Position numbers and translations under genes: made by a program | NCBI GenBank assembly: GCA_035450185.1 | Contig: DAOTMG010000006.1 | Location: 27,905-91,904 of the forward strand | Direction: 5' to 3' | Length of the DNA: 64,000 nt | DNA from: Syntrophales bacterium | GTDB lineage: Bacteria > Desulfobacterota > Syntrophia > Syntrophales > UBA2192 | Shown here: in pieces, positions 1-8,296 of the stretch | How positions within the stretch are numbered: the first letter of the stretch is position 1 | Layout of the letters: each line of letters begins with the position of its first letter | The notes under the pieces: generated by a model | Told to the model about the DNA's origin: nothing | The model's input: only the letters and a program-made list of their open reading frames with translations | The model's database searches: none

Positions 1-1027
1 AGAGTTCCGCCAGACCTTTCGGTTCCAGAAGAATAAAAAGCACGATGGCGAGGCCGAAAGCAAATTCTCTCAGCGGAGCAAGGGTGAGCTCCACACCGGT
101 GATCCCCCCCACATTGATGAGCCAGTCCGTGAACCATCGCAGAGCCTCGTTCAGCCCGGTAATGAAGACGGCCCCGAAGATGGTCCCCGGGATGCTCCCG
201 AGGCCGCCGATGATGATCATGGCGATGTACTCGACGGAGAGCATGAGGTTGAAAGGCTCCGTGGTGATGCTGATCATATAATAGGCGAAAAGAGCGCCGG
301 CGAGCCCCGCGTAGAACGAACTGATCCCGAAGGAGAGGAGTTTGTAGCGGAAGACGGGAATGCCCATTCCCTCGGCGGCGCGGTCGTTGTCGCGGATGGC
401 GATGAAGGCTCTTCCGAACTTCGTCCGCATGAGGTTCACCGCAAGCCACGTCAACCCGACGAGACCAAGATAAATCAGGAAGAAGTAGCCCCTGTCGCCG
501 CTCACGGTAAAACCGAAAACCTTCGCCTGGGGGAGGATGATGCCCATGGTGCCCTTGGTGAGATCCTCCCAGTGGAGCAGGATATATTCGATGATGAACT
601 GGCCCGCCAGGGTGGCGATGGTGAGATAGAGTCCTTTCAGGCGCACCGAGGGAAGCCCGAAGACCATGCCGACCATGGCCGTCACGAGGCCCGCGGCGGG
701 GATCGCCAGGAGCATCGGCACGTCCCAGGCCGTCGCGAGGATCGCTGCGGCGTAGGCGCCCACGCCGAAAAAAGCTCCGTGACCCAGGGAGATGAGGCCC
801 GTGTACCCCACGAGGATGTTGAGCCCCAGGGCCGCGATGGCGGCGATGCCGGCCATGTTGACGACGTAGAGCGGGTAGGACCCCAGCACAAAAGGCACGA
901 CACCGAAGAGCACGGCGAGACCGACGGCCGTCCAGAGACGGCCGAAGTCCGTCTCGAAAACGAAGAGTTCCTGCTCGTAGCGGTCCCTGTAGTTTCCGCA
1001 GGGATGGAATCGGGGGCTTCGAAACAT
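1..1027 (-). CDS. livM: Liv-type (HAAT family) ABC transporter permease, LivM-like; 3' end cut by window edge
   Basis: Not in the ORF track because it has no stop inside the window. Own translation of the minus strand from ATG 1027-1025: MFRSPRFHPCGNYRDRYEQELFVFETDFGRLWTAVGLAVLF...GLNILVGYTGLISLGHGAFFGVGAYAAAIL...IIGGLGSIPGTIFGAVFI. Multi-TM LivM-like sequence, 14 nt downstream of livH. Confidence 0.85.
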   Translation of the reverse strand, partial: MFRSPRFHPCGNYRDRYEQELFVFETDFGRLWTAVGLAVLFGVVPFVLGSYPLYVVNMAGIAAIAALGLNILVGYTGLISLGHGAFFGVGAYAAAILATAWDVPMLLAIPAAGLVTAMVGMVFGLPSVRLKGLYLTIATLAGQFIIEYILLHWEDLTKGTMGIILPQAKVFGFTVSGDRGYFFLIYLGLVGLTWLAVNLMRTKFGRAFIAIRDNDRAAEGMGIPVFRYKLLSFGISSFYAGLAGALFAYYMISITTEPFNLMLSVEYIAMIIIGGLGSIPGTIFGAVFITGLNEALRWFTDWLINVGGITGVELTLAPLREFAFGLAIVLFILLEPKGLAEL

Positions 1028-1041
1028 CGGATCGATCCTCC

Positions 1042-1920
1042 TCACACCCGCTCGATTTCGACGAGACCGAAGAGCCCGTAAGGCCGGATGAGCAGGATCG
1101 CGACCAGGGCGATGTAGGGGATCACGTCCCGCAGCGACGGCGAGAGGTATCCCCCCGTCAGGGCCTCCAGAAGACCGATGATGATGCCCCCGATGATGGC
1201 CCCGCTGACGCTGTCGAGGCCCCCGAGGATGACCACGGGAAACACCTTGAGGCCGATGGAGCTCAGCTCGTGGACGTTGATGCCGTTGATGAGGCCGAGA
1301 ATGATCCCGCTGATGCCCGCCACCAGCGCGGCGATCGCCCAGGAAAGAGCGAAGACCCGCCTGACGTGGACTCCCAGCGAGAGGGCCGCCGGCTGACTGT
1401 CCGCCACGGAGCGCATGTAGATGCCCTGCGAGGAGTACTTGAAGAACAGGCCGAAGAGCAGGAGGAAGACAACGCCCATGAAGATGGCCGAGACGTAAAC
1501 GGGCGGCACGTGAACGACCCCCCAGTTCAGCGCGAGAAACTCCGGCAGGATGTCGGGATAGGTGTAGAGATTCCCTCCCCAGATGAGCAGGAGCGCACCC
1601 TTGAACATGGCGGCGAGACCCACGGTCAGCATGATGATCTCGATGAGAGGCTCGCCGATGAGCGGACGGAGAAAGAGGCGCTCGATGATGAAACCGAACA
1701 CGAACGTCCCGGCCAGGGTGAGGATGAAGGCGGCCGCCACGGGCAGTTTCGCCCACGTCACGAGGGCGAGGAACAGGAAGGCCCCCATCGCCAGAAGCTC
1801 GCCGTGGGCGAAATTGAGGACGCTCGACGCCTTGTAGATCATCACGAAACCCATGGCGGAGAGGCCGTAGAGAAACCCGATGCTGACGCCGTTCACCAGA
1901 AGCTGAACAAAGAAATCCAT
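1042..1920 (-). CDS. livH: Liv-type ABC transporter permease, LivH-like
   Basis: 292 aa, MDFFVQLLVNGVSIGFLYGLSAMGFVMIYKASSVLNFAHGE..., typical LivH N-terminus and multi-TM profile. Same strand and operon as livM/livG. Confidence 0.9.
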   Translation of the reverse strand: MDFFVQLLVNGVSIGFLYGLSAMGFVMIYKASSVLNFAHGELLAMGAFLFLALVTWAKLPVAAAFILTLAGTFVFGFIIERLFLRPLIGEPLIEIIMLTVGLAAMFKGALLLIWGGNLYTYPDILPEFLALNWGVVHVPPVYVSAIFMGVVFLLLFGLFFKYSSQGIYMRSVADSQPAALSLGVHVRRVFALSWAIAALVAGISGIILGLINGINVHELSSIGLKVFPVVILGGLDSVSGAIIGGIIIGLLEALTGGYLSPSLRDVIPYIALVAILLIRPYGLFGLVEIERV

Positions 1921-1935
1921 GGGAGTTTTCCCTTT

Positions 1936-3882
1936 CTACGTCGTGATCACCCGGACGCGGGTCTCCAGCGTGCCGACCTGTCCGTCGCGGTAACGGACCT
2001 GTCCCCGGACATCCAGGGATGACTTGTTTTCATACATGGCCTCGATGAGCTTGATGTAGAGGCCGTAGACAAACCGCCTGCGGACCTTCCCGGTCCGTGT
2101 CAGCTCCTCGTCATCGGCATCGAGGAGCTTGTAGAGGAGGATGAACTTGCGGATCTTCATGGGGTCGGGAAGCTGTCCGTTCACGACTCCGACCTCGCCC
2201 AGGATGAGCTTTTCCACCTCCGTCTGCTGGGTGAGGTCCGTGTAGGTCGTGTAGGGGATCATGCGGTCTTCAGCCCAGTTGCCCACGTTTCCCATGTCGA
2301 TATTGACGAGCGCCGTGAGGTAGGGCCGGCCTTCACCGAACACGACCGCTTCCTTGATATAGGGGCTGAATTTCAGACGCGTCTCGATGAAATCAGGCGA
2401 GAAGGCCGCTCCCTGCTTGTTGCGGATGATGTCCTCTTTCCTTCCGATGATCAGGAGATGGCCGTCCCCGTCGATGTAGCCCGCGTCGCCGGTTTTGAGC
2501 CACCCGTCCGTGAATGCCCCTTCCGTCGCCTGATAGTCATTGTAGTAACCGGCGAAGACGGCATCGCTTCTGACGAGAACTTCCTGGTCCGGGGAGAGTC
2601 GTACCTCCGTTCCCGGGAGGGGTTTGCCCACCGTCTCGAGCTTGAATTCCCCGTCGGGCTGGACCTGGAAGATGCCGCCCGCCTCCGTGAGCCCGTAGCA
2701 CTGCTTGAGGTTGAGGCCGATGGCCCGGAAGAAGCGGATCACCTCGGGGCTGATGGGGTGCCCCCCGGTATAGGCGCTGACCATCCGGGCGCATCCCACG
2801 CGATCGAGAAGAGGCCTGAAGGTCAGCAGGGAGGCCAGAGTCCGGAGAAGCCTGAGCCGGGCGGGAATCGGCTCCCTGCGGGATTCGAGGTCCACGACCT
2901 TCAACCCGGCCTTCACGGACATTTTGAAGATTGTTTTCTTGAGCCTGCCGGCATCGTCCATCCGCACCCGTATCTTCGATGCGAGGTCTTCCCAGAAACG
3001 GGAGGACGTGATGATCACCGAGGGACCGATTTCGCGGAAATCCTCCTCCACCGTTTCCGGCGTTTCGGGGAAATTCATCGTCATTCCCCCGGCAAGCGAT
3101 ACCCCGACGCCCCACATCTGGTCCACGATCCAGGCGGGCGGAGTGATGGAAATCCAGTTGGACCCTGCTCCGATCGAAGTCGTCTCGAGCCATTGACGGG
3201 ACATGGTGATGAAGTTCCGGTGGGTGAGCATGGCCAGCTTGGGGATGCCCGTCGTGCCGGAGGTCTGGATCATGAGGGCGATGTCGCCCGCCTTCCCCCG
3301 GGCGAGCTCCCTGCCGAAGCGTTCCGGCTCTTCCAGATCGAGCCTCCTGCCCCGGTCCAAAAGCTCGCTGAAAGGAAGGAGCCACTCGTCATCCCTGTAC
3401 CGCCGCATCCCGGTGGGATCGACGTAGACGATCTTCCGGATATGGCCGAGCCTGCCCTTCATCTCCAGGAGCTTGTCCACCTGTTCCTGATCCTGGACGA
3501 CGACGACGGTCGCCCTGAATCGGTTGAGGGCCGTGGCCAGTTCCTCCGGGACGGACGACGTGAAGAGATTCACGGTGACGGCCCCGGCCGCCTGCCCCCC
3601 CAGTTCGCTGAAGAGCCACTCCGGATGGTTGTTCGTGACGATGCCGATGTTTTCACCCCGGCGAAGCCCCAGGGCGATGAGACCGAGGGCGGTCTGCCGG
3701 ACATAGTCGAGGTAAGTCTGCCAGTTGTAGGTCTTCCATATGCCGTAGGCCTTTTCACGGATGGCAATCTGCGAAGGGTCCATTCGCCGCGCCTGGTCGG
3801 CCAGGATCTGTGGAAGGGTCATGCGGTCGAAATCGGCCGGCACGTCTCTATCCATCCGGATCGGCTTTGTGTCTGTTGCCAT
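1936..3882 (-). CDS. AMP-dependent acyl-CoA synthetase/ligase (long-chain-type), embedded in the ABC transporter operon
   Basis: 648 aa with AMP-binding motif TSGTTGIPKLAMLTH, plus YGLTE and GWLKTGD motifs. Starts 5 nt after the livG stop and ends 16 nt before livH. Confidence 0.9.
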   Translation of the reverse strand: MATDTKPIRMDRDVPADFDRMTLPQILADQARRMDPSQIAIREKAYGIWKTYNWQTYLDYVRQTALGLIALGLRRGENIGIVTNNHPEWLFSELGGQAAGAVTVNLFTSSVPEELATALNRFRATVVVVQDQEQVDKLLEMKGRLGHIRKIVYVDPTGMRRYRDDEWLLPFSELLDRGRRLDLEEPERFGRELARGKAGDIALMIQTSGTTGIPKLAMLTHRNFITMSRQWLETTSIGAGSNWISITPPAWIVDQMWGVGVSLAGGMTMNFPETPETVEEDFREIGPSVIITSSRFWEDLASKIRVRMDDAGRLKKTIFKMSVKAGLKVVDLESRREPIPARLRLLRTLASLLTFRPLLDRVGCARMVSAYTGGHPISPEVIRFFRAIGLNLKQCYGLTEAGGIFQVQPDGEFKLETVGKPLPGTEVRLSPDQEVLVRSDAVFAGYYNDYQATEGAFTDGWLKTGDAGYIDGDGHLLIIGRKEDIIRNKQGAAFSPDFIETRLKFSPYIKEAVVFGEGRPYLTALVNIDMGNVGNWAEDRMIPYTTYTDLTQQTEVEKLILGEVGVVNGQLPDPMKIRKFILLYKLLDADDEELTRTGKVRRRFVYGLYIKLIEAMYENKSSLDVRGQVRYRDGQVGTLETRVRVITT

Positions 3883-3886
3883 CGGA

Positions 3887-4726
3887 TCAGCCCCCCTCCC
3901 CTTCTCCGCCGTTTCCGCCGAGATAGGCTCGGATGACTTCGGGGTGGGACTGGATCCGGTCCGGCGACCCCTCGGCGATCTTCACGCCGAAGTTGAGAAC
4001 CGTCACCCTCTTCGAGATGCTCATCACGATCGACATGTCGTGTTCGACCAGGATCATGGTCTGTCGCCAGGACTCGTTGAGCTCCAGGAGAAAGCGGACC
4101 ATGTCCTCCTTCTCTTCGAGATTCATCCCGGCGAAGGGCTCGTCCAGGATGAGCAGCTTCGGTTCCAGCGCCAGGGCGCGGCCCAGCTCCACCCGCTTCC
4201 GCAGCCCGTAGGGGAGTGACCCTACCGGCTTGTTCCGGATCGACTGGATCTCCAGGAAATCGATGATCTCCTCCAGGACTCTCCGGTGTCGGACCTCCTC
4301 CTGCCGGACCTTTTTCGAAAAGAGCACCGCCTTCCCGAGCGGGTAGCGGCAATGGACATGGCGGGCGAGCAGGAGATTGGAGAGAACCGTGATGCCCGGG
4401 AAGAGCTCGATGTTCTGGAAGGTCCTTCCGATTCCGTGCTCGATCAGACGGTGGGTGTGAAGCCTCGTGATGTCTTCGCCGTTGAAGAGGATCTGTCCCT
4501 CCTGGCCCCGGTAGTATCCGGTGATGCAGTTGAGGAGGCTCGTCTTCCCGGCGCCGTTGGGGCCGATCACGGAGACGAGTTCACCCGTCGCGACGTCGAG
4601 GTCGACGGCGCTCAGGGCCACGATCCCCCCGAAACGGAGCGTCAGTCCCTTCACCTGGAGCTCGGCCTTTCGCTCCTGGTTGAGCGTCTCCGCGTAGATG
4701 CTGGGTTGGCCCCTGAAAGCCTTCAT
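3887..4726 (-). CDS. livG: Liv-type ABC transporter ATP-binding protein, LivG-like
   Basis: 279 aa with Walker A GPNGAGKTSLLNCITG, LivG-type insert, and Walker B LLILDEP. Confidence 0.9.
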   Translation of the reverse strand: MKAFRGQPSIYAETLNQERKAELQVKGLTLRFGGIVALSAVDLDVATGELVSVIGPNGAGKTSLLNCITGYYRGQEGQILFNGEDITRLHTHRLIEHGIGRTFQNIELFPGITVLSNLLLARHVHCRYPLGKAVLFSKKVRQEEVRHRRVLEEIIDFLEIQSIRNKPVGSLPYGLRKRVELGRALALEPKLLILDEPFAGMNLEEKEDMVRFLLELNESWRQTMILVEHDMSIVMSISKRVTVLNFGVKIAEGSPDRIQSHPEVIRAYLGGNGGEGEGG

Positions 4727-4742
4727 GGCGACCCGATCCCTT

Positions 4743-5954
4743 CTATTTCAGGAGTTTCATCTTTTCCTTGCCCGGACGGTAGAAATGGGTCCGGGGCAGG
4801 AAGGTGCCGTCCTCCTTCACCTGCACGATCCTTCCCTCAAAGGACCCCTCGTGATCGGCCGGCGTGTAGGTGATCTTCGGCATGAGACCGCCGAAATCCT
4901 CGTCCCGGAAGGATTCCATGGTCCTGTTGATCGTCTCCCGGTCCACCCTGCCGTATTTTTCCTGTGCGCGCTGAAAGGCCCTTTCCATGATCATGCCGAC
5001 GACGACCCCTTCCCAGTAAGCGGCGTCGAAACGGGCCACCGTCTTGTATCGCTTCCAGAGATCGGTCATGAGCGACATCCCTTTCGACTTGTCCGACGGG
5101 AGGGCGCCCGGGAACTGGATCTTCAAGCGGTTCCGGATCAGCCCCTTCCCCAGTTTGAAGAAATCGGGGTCCGTGGAGGTCCAGGTGCCGAAGAACTGCG
5201 GGTCGTAGCCGATGCGGTCGGCGCTCTTGAAGGCCGTCACGATGGTCGCCGGGAGCATCTGCATGAAGACGTACTCGGCCCCGGCTTTCTTCAGGCGCAG
5301 GAGCTCCGTGGTCAGGTCCACCGTCTTGGCGGGGAATTCTTCGATCGAAACGATCTGCACCCCGGTCTTCGCGGCGTACTCCTGGCTGGGCTTGTGGATG
5401 GAGCGGCCGTAGGCGTTGTTGTAGGTCAGAAGCCCGACCTTCGGCGCATCCTTCCCCTTGTGGGTCGCCCGGATGTACTCGAGGACGGCGTAGCAGTCGA
5501 GACGATAGCTTCCGAAGGGCAGGTACATGTATTCAATGGGCGCTTCCAGAATCTCCCAGCTCGTCGAGTAGTTGATGGTCGGGATCCTGTATTTCTGGAC
5601 GATCGGCTTTGCGGCAAGCCCCTCACCGGCGCCCCAGGTGGCAATCATGTCCACGTTGTCCTGGGTGGCGAATTTCCGGACGGCCGTGACGGCCTCGGGA
5701 ACCTTGTAGGCCGTGTCGACGAGAGTCATCTCAATCTTTCTTCCGGCGATACCCCCCTTGACCTCGTTGACATAGCGGAAATAATCCTGCTGCCCCTTGG
5801 CGTGAAACTGTCCCCAGGTGGAAGCGGGACCCGTGAGATTGATCGCGGCGCCGACCTTGATCGCCTTCGCCGCCGGCGACAACGCCGGCAGGCCGATGAC
5901 CGCGAGGATCGCGACGGTCATCATCGTCGTCATCATCATCAGATATCTACGCAT
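4743..5954 (-). CDS. Periplasmic substrate-binding protein of Liv-type ABC transporter (LivK/LivJ family)
   Basis: 403 aa with an N-terminal signal peptide (MRRYLMMMTTMMTVAILAVIGLPALSPAAKA) and a type I periplasmic binding fold sequence (IKVGAAINLTGP...). SD GAGGAGGG lies upstream of ATG 5954. Confidence 0.85.
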   Translation of the reverse strand: MRRYLMMMTTMMTVAILAVIGLPALSPAAKAIKVGAAINLTGPASTWGQFHAKGQQDYFRYVNEVKGGIAGRKIEMTLVDTAYKVPEAVTAVRKFATQDNVDMIATWGAGEGLAAKPIVQKYRIPTINYSTSWEILEAPIEYMYLPFGSYRLDCYAVLEYIRATHKGKDAPKVGLLTYNNAYGRSIHKPSQEYAAKTGVQIVSIEEFPAKTVDLTTELLRLKKAGAEYVFMQMLPATIVTAFKSADRIGYDPQFFGTWTSTDPDFFKLGKGLIRNRLKIQFPGALPSDKSKGMSLMTDLWKRYKTVARFDAAYWEGVVVGMIMERAFQRAQEKYGRVDRETINRTMESFRDEDFGGLMPKITYTPADHEGSFEGRIVQVKEDGTFLPRTHFYRPGKEKMKLLK

Positions 5955-5977
5955 CGTTTGTCCCTCCTCGAATCATG

Positions 5978-6009
5978 AAAATAAAAAAGGCCGCGTTTTC
6001 ACCGCGACC
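5978..6009 (-). terminator. Intrinsic terminator T2 in the 5' leader of the ABC/ACS operon
   Basis: Minus strand GGUCGCG-GUGAAAA-CGCGGCC (7-bp stem with one G-U) followed by UUUUUUAUUUU. Lies 24 nt upstream of the SD/ATG of the binding-protein gene. Confidence 0.55.
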
Positions 6010-6015
6010 ACAAAC

Positions 6016-6053
6016 AAAAAAGCCGCGGGCCCTTTTCCGGTCTGCCCGCGGCT
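6016..6053 (-). terminator. Intrinsic terminator T1 (attenuator terminator) in the 5' leader of the ABC/ACS operon
   Basis: Minus strand AGCCGCGGGC (6053-6044), 13-nt loop, GCCCGCGGCU (6030-6021). This is a 10-bp GC-rich stem followed by UUUUUGUUUG. Confidence 0.7.
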
Positions 6054-6074
6054 CAGTTCTTTCAGAGGTTCATG

Positions 6075-6155
6075 TCATGAGCGCTCCAGGCAGACCTCGC
6101 CAAAAAAGCCGAAAAAGCTTAAAAAGACGAAGAATCGGGCCTGGCGCTTCGACAT
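6075..6155 (-). CDS. Putative Phe-rich leader peptide (26 aa) of a transcription attenuator
   Basis: Own translation: ATG 6155 to TGA 6077-6075 gives MSKRQARFFVFLSFFGFFGEVCLERS. There are 7 Phe codons (TTC TTC . TTT . . TTT TTC . TTT TTT) within residues 8-18. AAGGGAG lies 10 nt upstream. The ORF sits between a promoter and two terminators. Below the ORF-track size cutoff. Confidence 0.55.
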   Translation of the reverse strand: MSKRQARFFVFLSFFGFFGEVCLERS

Positions 6156-6188
6156 TTCGATTTGACTCCCTTGAATGAGGTGCGTCCA

Positions 6189-6217
6189 TTCATAAACGAA
6201 GGGTCATCAAATGTCAA
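6189..6217 (-). promoter_or_regulatory. Sigma70-like promoter for the leader and ABC/ACS operon
   Basis: Minus strand TTGACA (6217-6212), 17 nt spacer, TATGAA(T) (6194-6189), with an A/T-rich upstream tract. Motif match only. Confidence 0.5.
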
Positions 6218-6342
6218 GGGAAAAAACATTTTTCTCCCGTCGGTTGCGGAGCCCGGACGCCCGCGACGAAGGGGCGCTTCGTTTGTTGTGATCATGTCCG
6301 TTTTGTGGTATTGAACCGGAAATTTTTTAAAGAGCGTACGGA

Positions 6343-7707
6343 ATGAATCCGGAAATCTTTCGGGAATACGATGTCCGGGGTCTCGTCGATCGGGATCTCG
6401 ATATCGACCTGGTCTACGATCTCGGCAGGGCCATCGGGACCTTCGGGGCCGATCGGGGCGTGAAAACCATGACGCTTGGACGGGATTGCCGCCTCAGTTC
6501 CGAAGCTTACGCCGACGCCATGAGGAAAGGCCTGACGGCAGCCGGCCTTCACGTCATCGATATCGGCCTCTGCGCGACTCCGATGCTCTATTTCTCCATC
6601 CGCCATTACGGGAGTGACGGCGGCGTGATGGTGACGGGAAGCCACAACCCGCCTGAATTCAACGGCTTCAAGATTTGCGTCGGTCCGGACACGATTTACG
6701 GCGAGGACATCCAGGCGCTTCGCGGGATCATGGAGAAAGGATCTTATGCCTCCGGCAGAGGCACGTCCGAAAGGGGGGACGTGACGGAGGCTTACGGAAA
6801 CATCCTCCACGGAAACGTGCAGGTCCGCAAGGGACTCCGGGTCGTCATCGACGGCGGGAACGGAACGGGCGGACACTTCATCCTTCCGATCCTGGAGAGG
6901 TTCGGCTGCCGGGTCACGGCCCTTTACTGTGACATGGACGGACGGTTTCCGAACCATTTCCCCGATCCCACCGTTCCGGAAAACCTCCGGGAGCTCACAG
7001 AGCGCGTTCTGGAGGAAAAGGCCGATGTGGGCATCGCTTTCGACGGTGACGGGGACCGGATCGGTGTTGTGACCGACCGGGGCGACATCCTCTGGGGGGA
7101 CGAGCTTCTCATCCTTTTTTCCCGCTTCGTATTGAAGGAACGGCCCGGTGCCACCGTCATCGGGGAGGTGAAGTGTTCCCACCGTCTTTACGACGACATC
7201 GAGAAGAACGGCGGGCGTTCCATCATGTGGAAGGCGGGGCACTCGCTGATCAAGGGGAAGATGAAGGAGGAGAAGGCGCTGCTTGCCGGGGAGATGAGCG
7301 GCCATCTTTTCTTCGCGGACCGCTATTTCGGATACGACGACGCCCTGTACGCGGCCGTGAGGCTGCTCGAGATCCTGTCGAAGACCGGAAAAAAGGTGAG
7401 CGAACTCCTCGCCGACGTTCCGAAGAGCTGCGCCACACCGGAGATCCGAATCGACTGTCCCGACGCGCTGAAGTTCAAGGCCACCGAGGCTGTCAAGAAA
7501 TACTTCCAGAAGGATTACCGGACGATCGAAACCGACGGCGTCCGTATCCTCTTCAGCGACGGATGGGGGCTCGTGAGGGCTTCCAACACCCAGCCCGTCC
7601 TGGTGCTCCGCTTCGAGGCCTCCACCCCCGAAACTCTCCGGGTGACGCGGGAGATGGTCGAGGGCGCCCTCAAGGCCATCCTGGTCGAACTGGGTGCGAA
7701 TCCTTGA
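6343..7707 (+). CDS. Phosphomannomutase/phosphoglucomutase (alpha-D-phosphohexomutase family)
   Basis: 454 aa with catalytic Ser loop TGSHNPPEFNGFK, metal loop FDGDGDR, and sugar loop GEMSGH. Confidence 0.93.
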   Translation: MNPEIFREYDVRGLVDRDLDIDLVYDLGRAIGTFGADRGVKTMTLGRDCRLSSEAYADAMRKGLTAAGLHVIDIGLCATPMLYFSIRHYGSDGGVMVTGSHNPPEFNGFKICVGPDTIYGEDIQALRGIMEKGSYASGRGTSERGDVTEAYGNILHGNVQVRKGLRVVIDGGNGTGGHFILPILERFGCRVTALYCDMDGRFPNHFPDPTVPENLRELTERVLEEKADVGIAFDGDGDRIGVVTDRGDILWGDELLILFSRFVLKERPGATVIGEVKCSHRLYDDIEKNGGRSIMWKAGHSLIKGKMKEEKALLAGEMSGHLFFADRYFGYDDALYAAVRLLEILSKTGKKVSELLADVPKSCATPEIRIDCPDALKFKATEAVKKYFQKDYRTIETDGVRILFSDGWGLVRASNTQPVLVLRFEASTPETLRVTREMVEGALKAILVELGANP

Positions 7708-7726
7708 GACGCACGGATAAAACCTC

Positions 7727-8296
7727 ATGCGCCGGTTGTCTGCCTGCCTGATAGCCCTTTTTTGTTTCTCATCCTTTTTCACGAGAGCGGCTTTCTGTCA
7801 GGTCAAGCCGTCTGATCAACGGACCCATTCGGCGGGAACCCCGGCCGGCGAATCCGGTCTTGCCACGATCACCGTCGGTTCCTCCACGCTCCGGGTCGAG
7901 ATCGCCCTGACGCCGGAAGCGCAGAGCCTGGGGCTCATGTTCAGGGACTCTCTCCCCTGGGACCGTGGGATGCTCTTCGTATATGACCGCCCGCAGCACC
8001 TCGCCTTCTGGATGAAGAACACGACCATCCCCCTCGACATCGCTTTTATTTCCGCCGATGGCCGCATTGAGGAGATCCTGGCCATGACCCCGCTTACGGA
8101 GAAGATTTACCGCTCCGGCGTGCCCGCCCTCTACGCCCTCGAGGTGAACCGGGGCTGGTTCAGGAAAAAGGGGTCAAGGTCGGGGACCGCATCCGGTTCT
8201 GACGGTCTCCGGCAGTCACCGGCGCCGAAGAGTGCGGGGAATCCGCGCAACCCCCGGGACCCCGATCATCACGAACCTACCTGCCGTACTCGATGA
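7727..8296 (+). CDS. DUF192 (COG1430) family protein with signal peptide; C-terminus probably frameshifted
   Basis: 189-aa ORF with a DUF192-like core (LGLMFRDSLPWDRGMLFVY...FWMKNTTIPLDIAFI...YALEVNRGWF). After the A5G4 run at 8165-8173 the -1 frame reads GVKVGDRIRF-stop (stop 8200-8202). The in-frame tail is low-complexity and overlaps the convergent M48 gene. Confidence 0.75.
   Translation: MRRLSACLIALFCFSSFFTRAAFCQVKPSDQRTHSAGTPAGESGLATITVGSSTLRVEIALTPEAQSLGLMFRDSLPWDRGMLFVYDRPQHLAFWMKNTTIPLDIAFISADGRIEEILAMTPLTEKIYRSGVPALYALEVNRGWFRKKGSRSGTASGSDGLRQSPAPKSAGNPRNPRDPDHHEPTCRTR

Noticed and set aside
5818-6178. Plus-strand ORFs (115 aa and 67 aa) in the SBP-phosphohexomutase intergenic region
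   Set aside because: Both are Lys/Arg/Pro-rich low-complexity translations of the U-tract/terminator region read backwards. The promoter, leader ORF and terminators are all on the minus strand.
6292-7782. 496-aa minus-strand ORF covering the whole phosphohexomutase gene
   Set aside because: Its translation is Arg/Gly/Pro/Asp-rich and low-complexity, with no motifs. The plus-strand frame has clear PGM/PMM catalytic motifs. This is a typical GC-rich shadow ORF.
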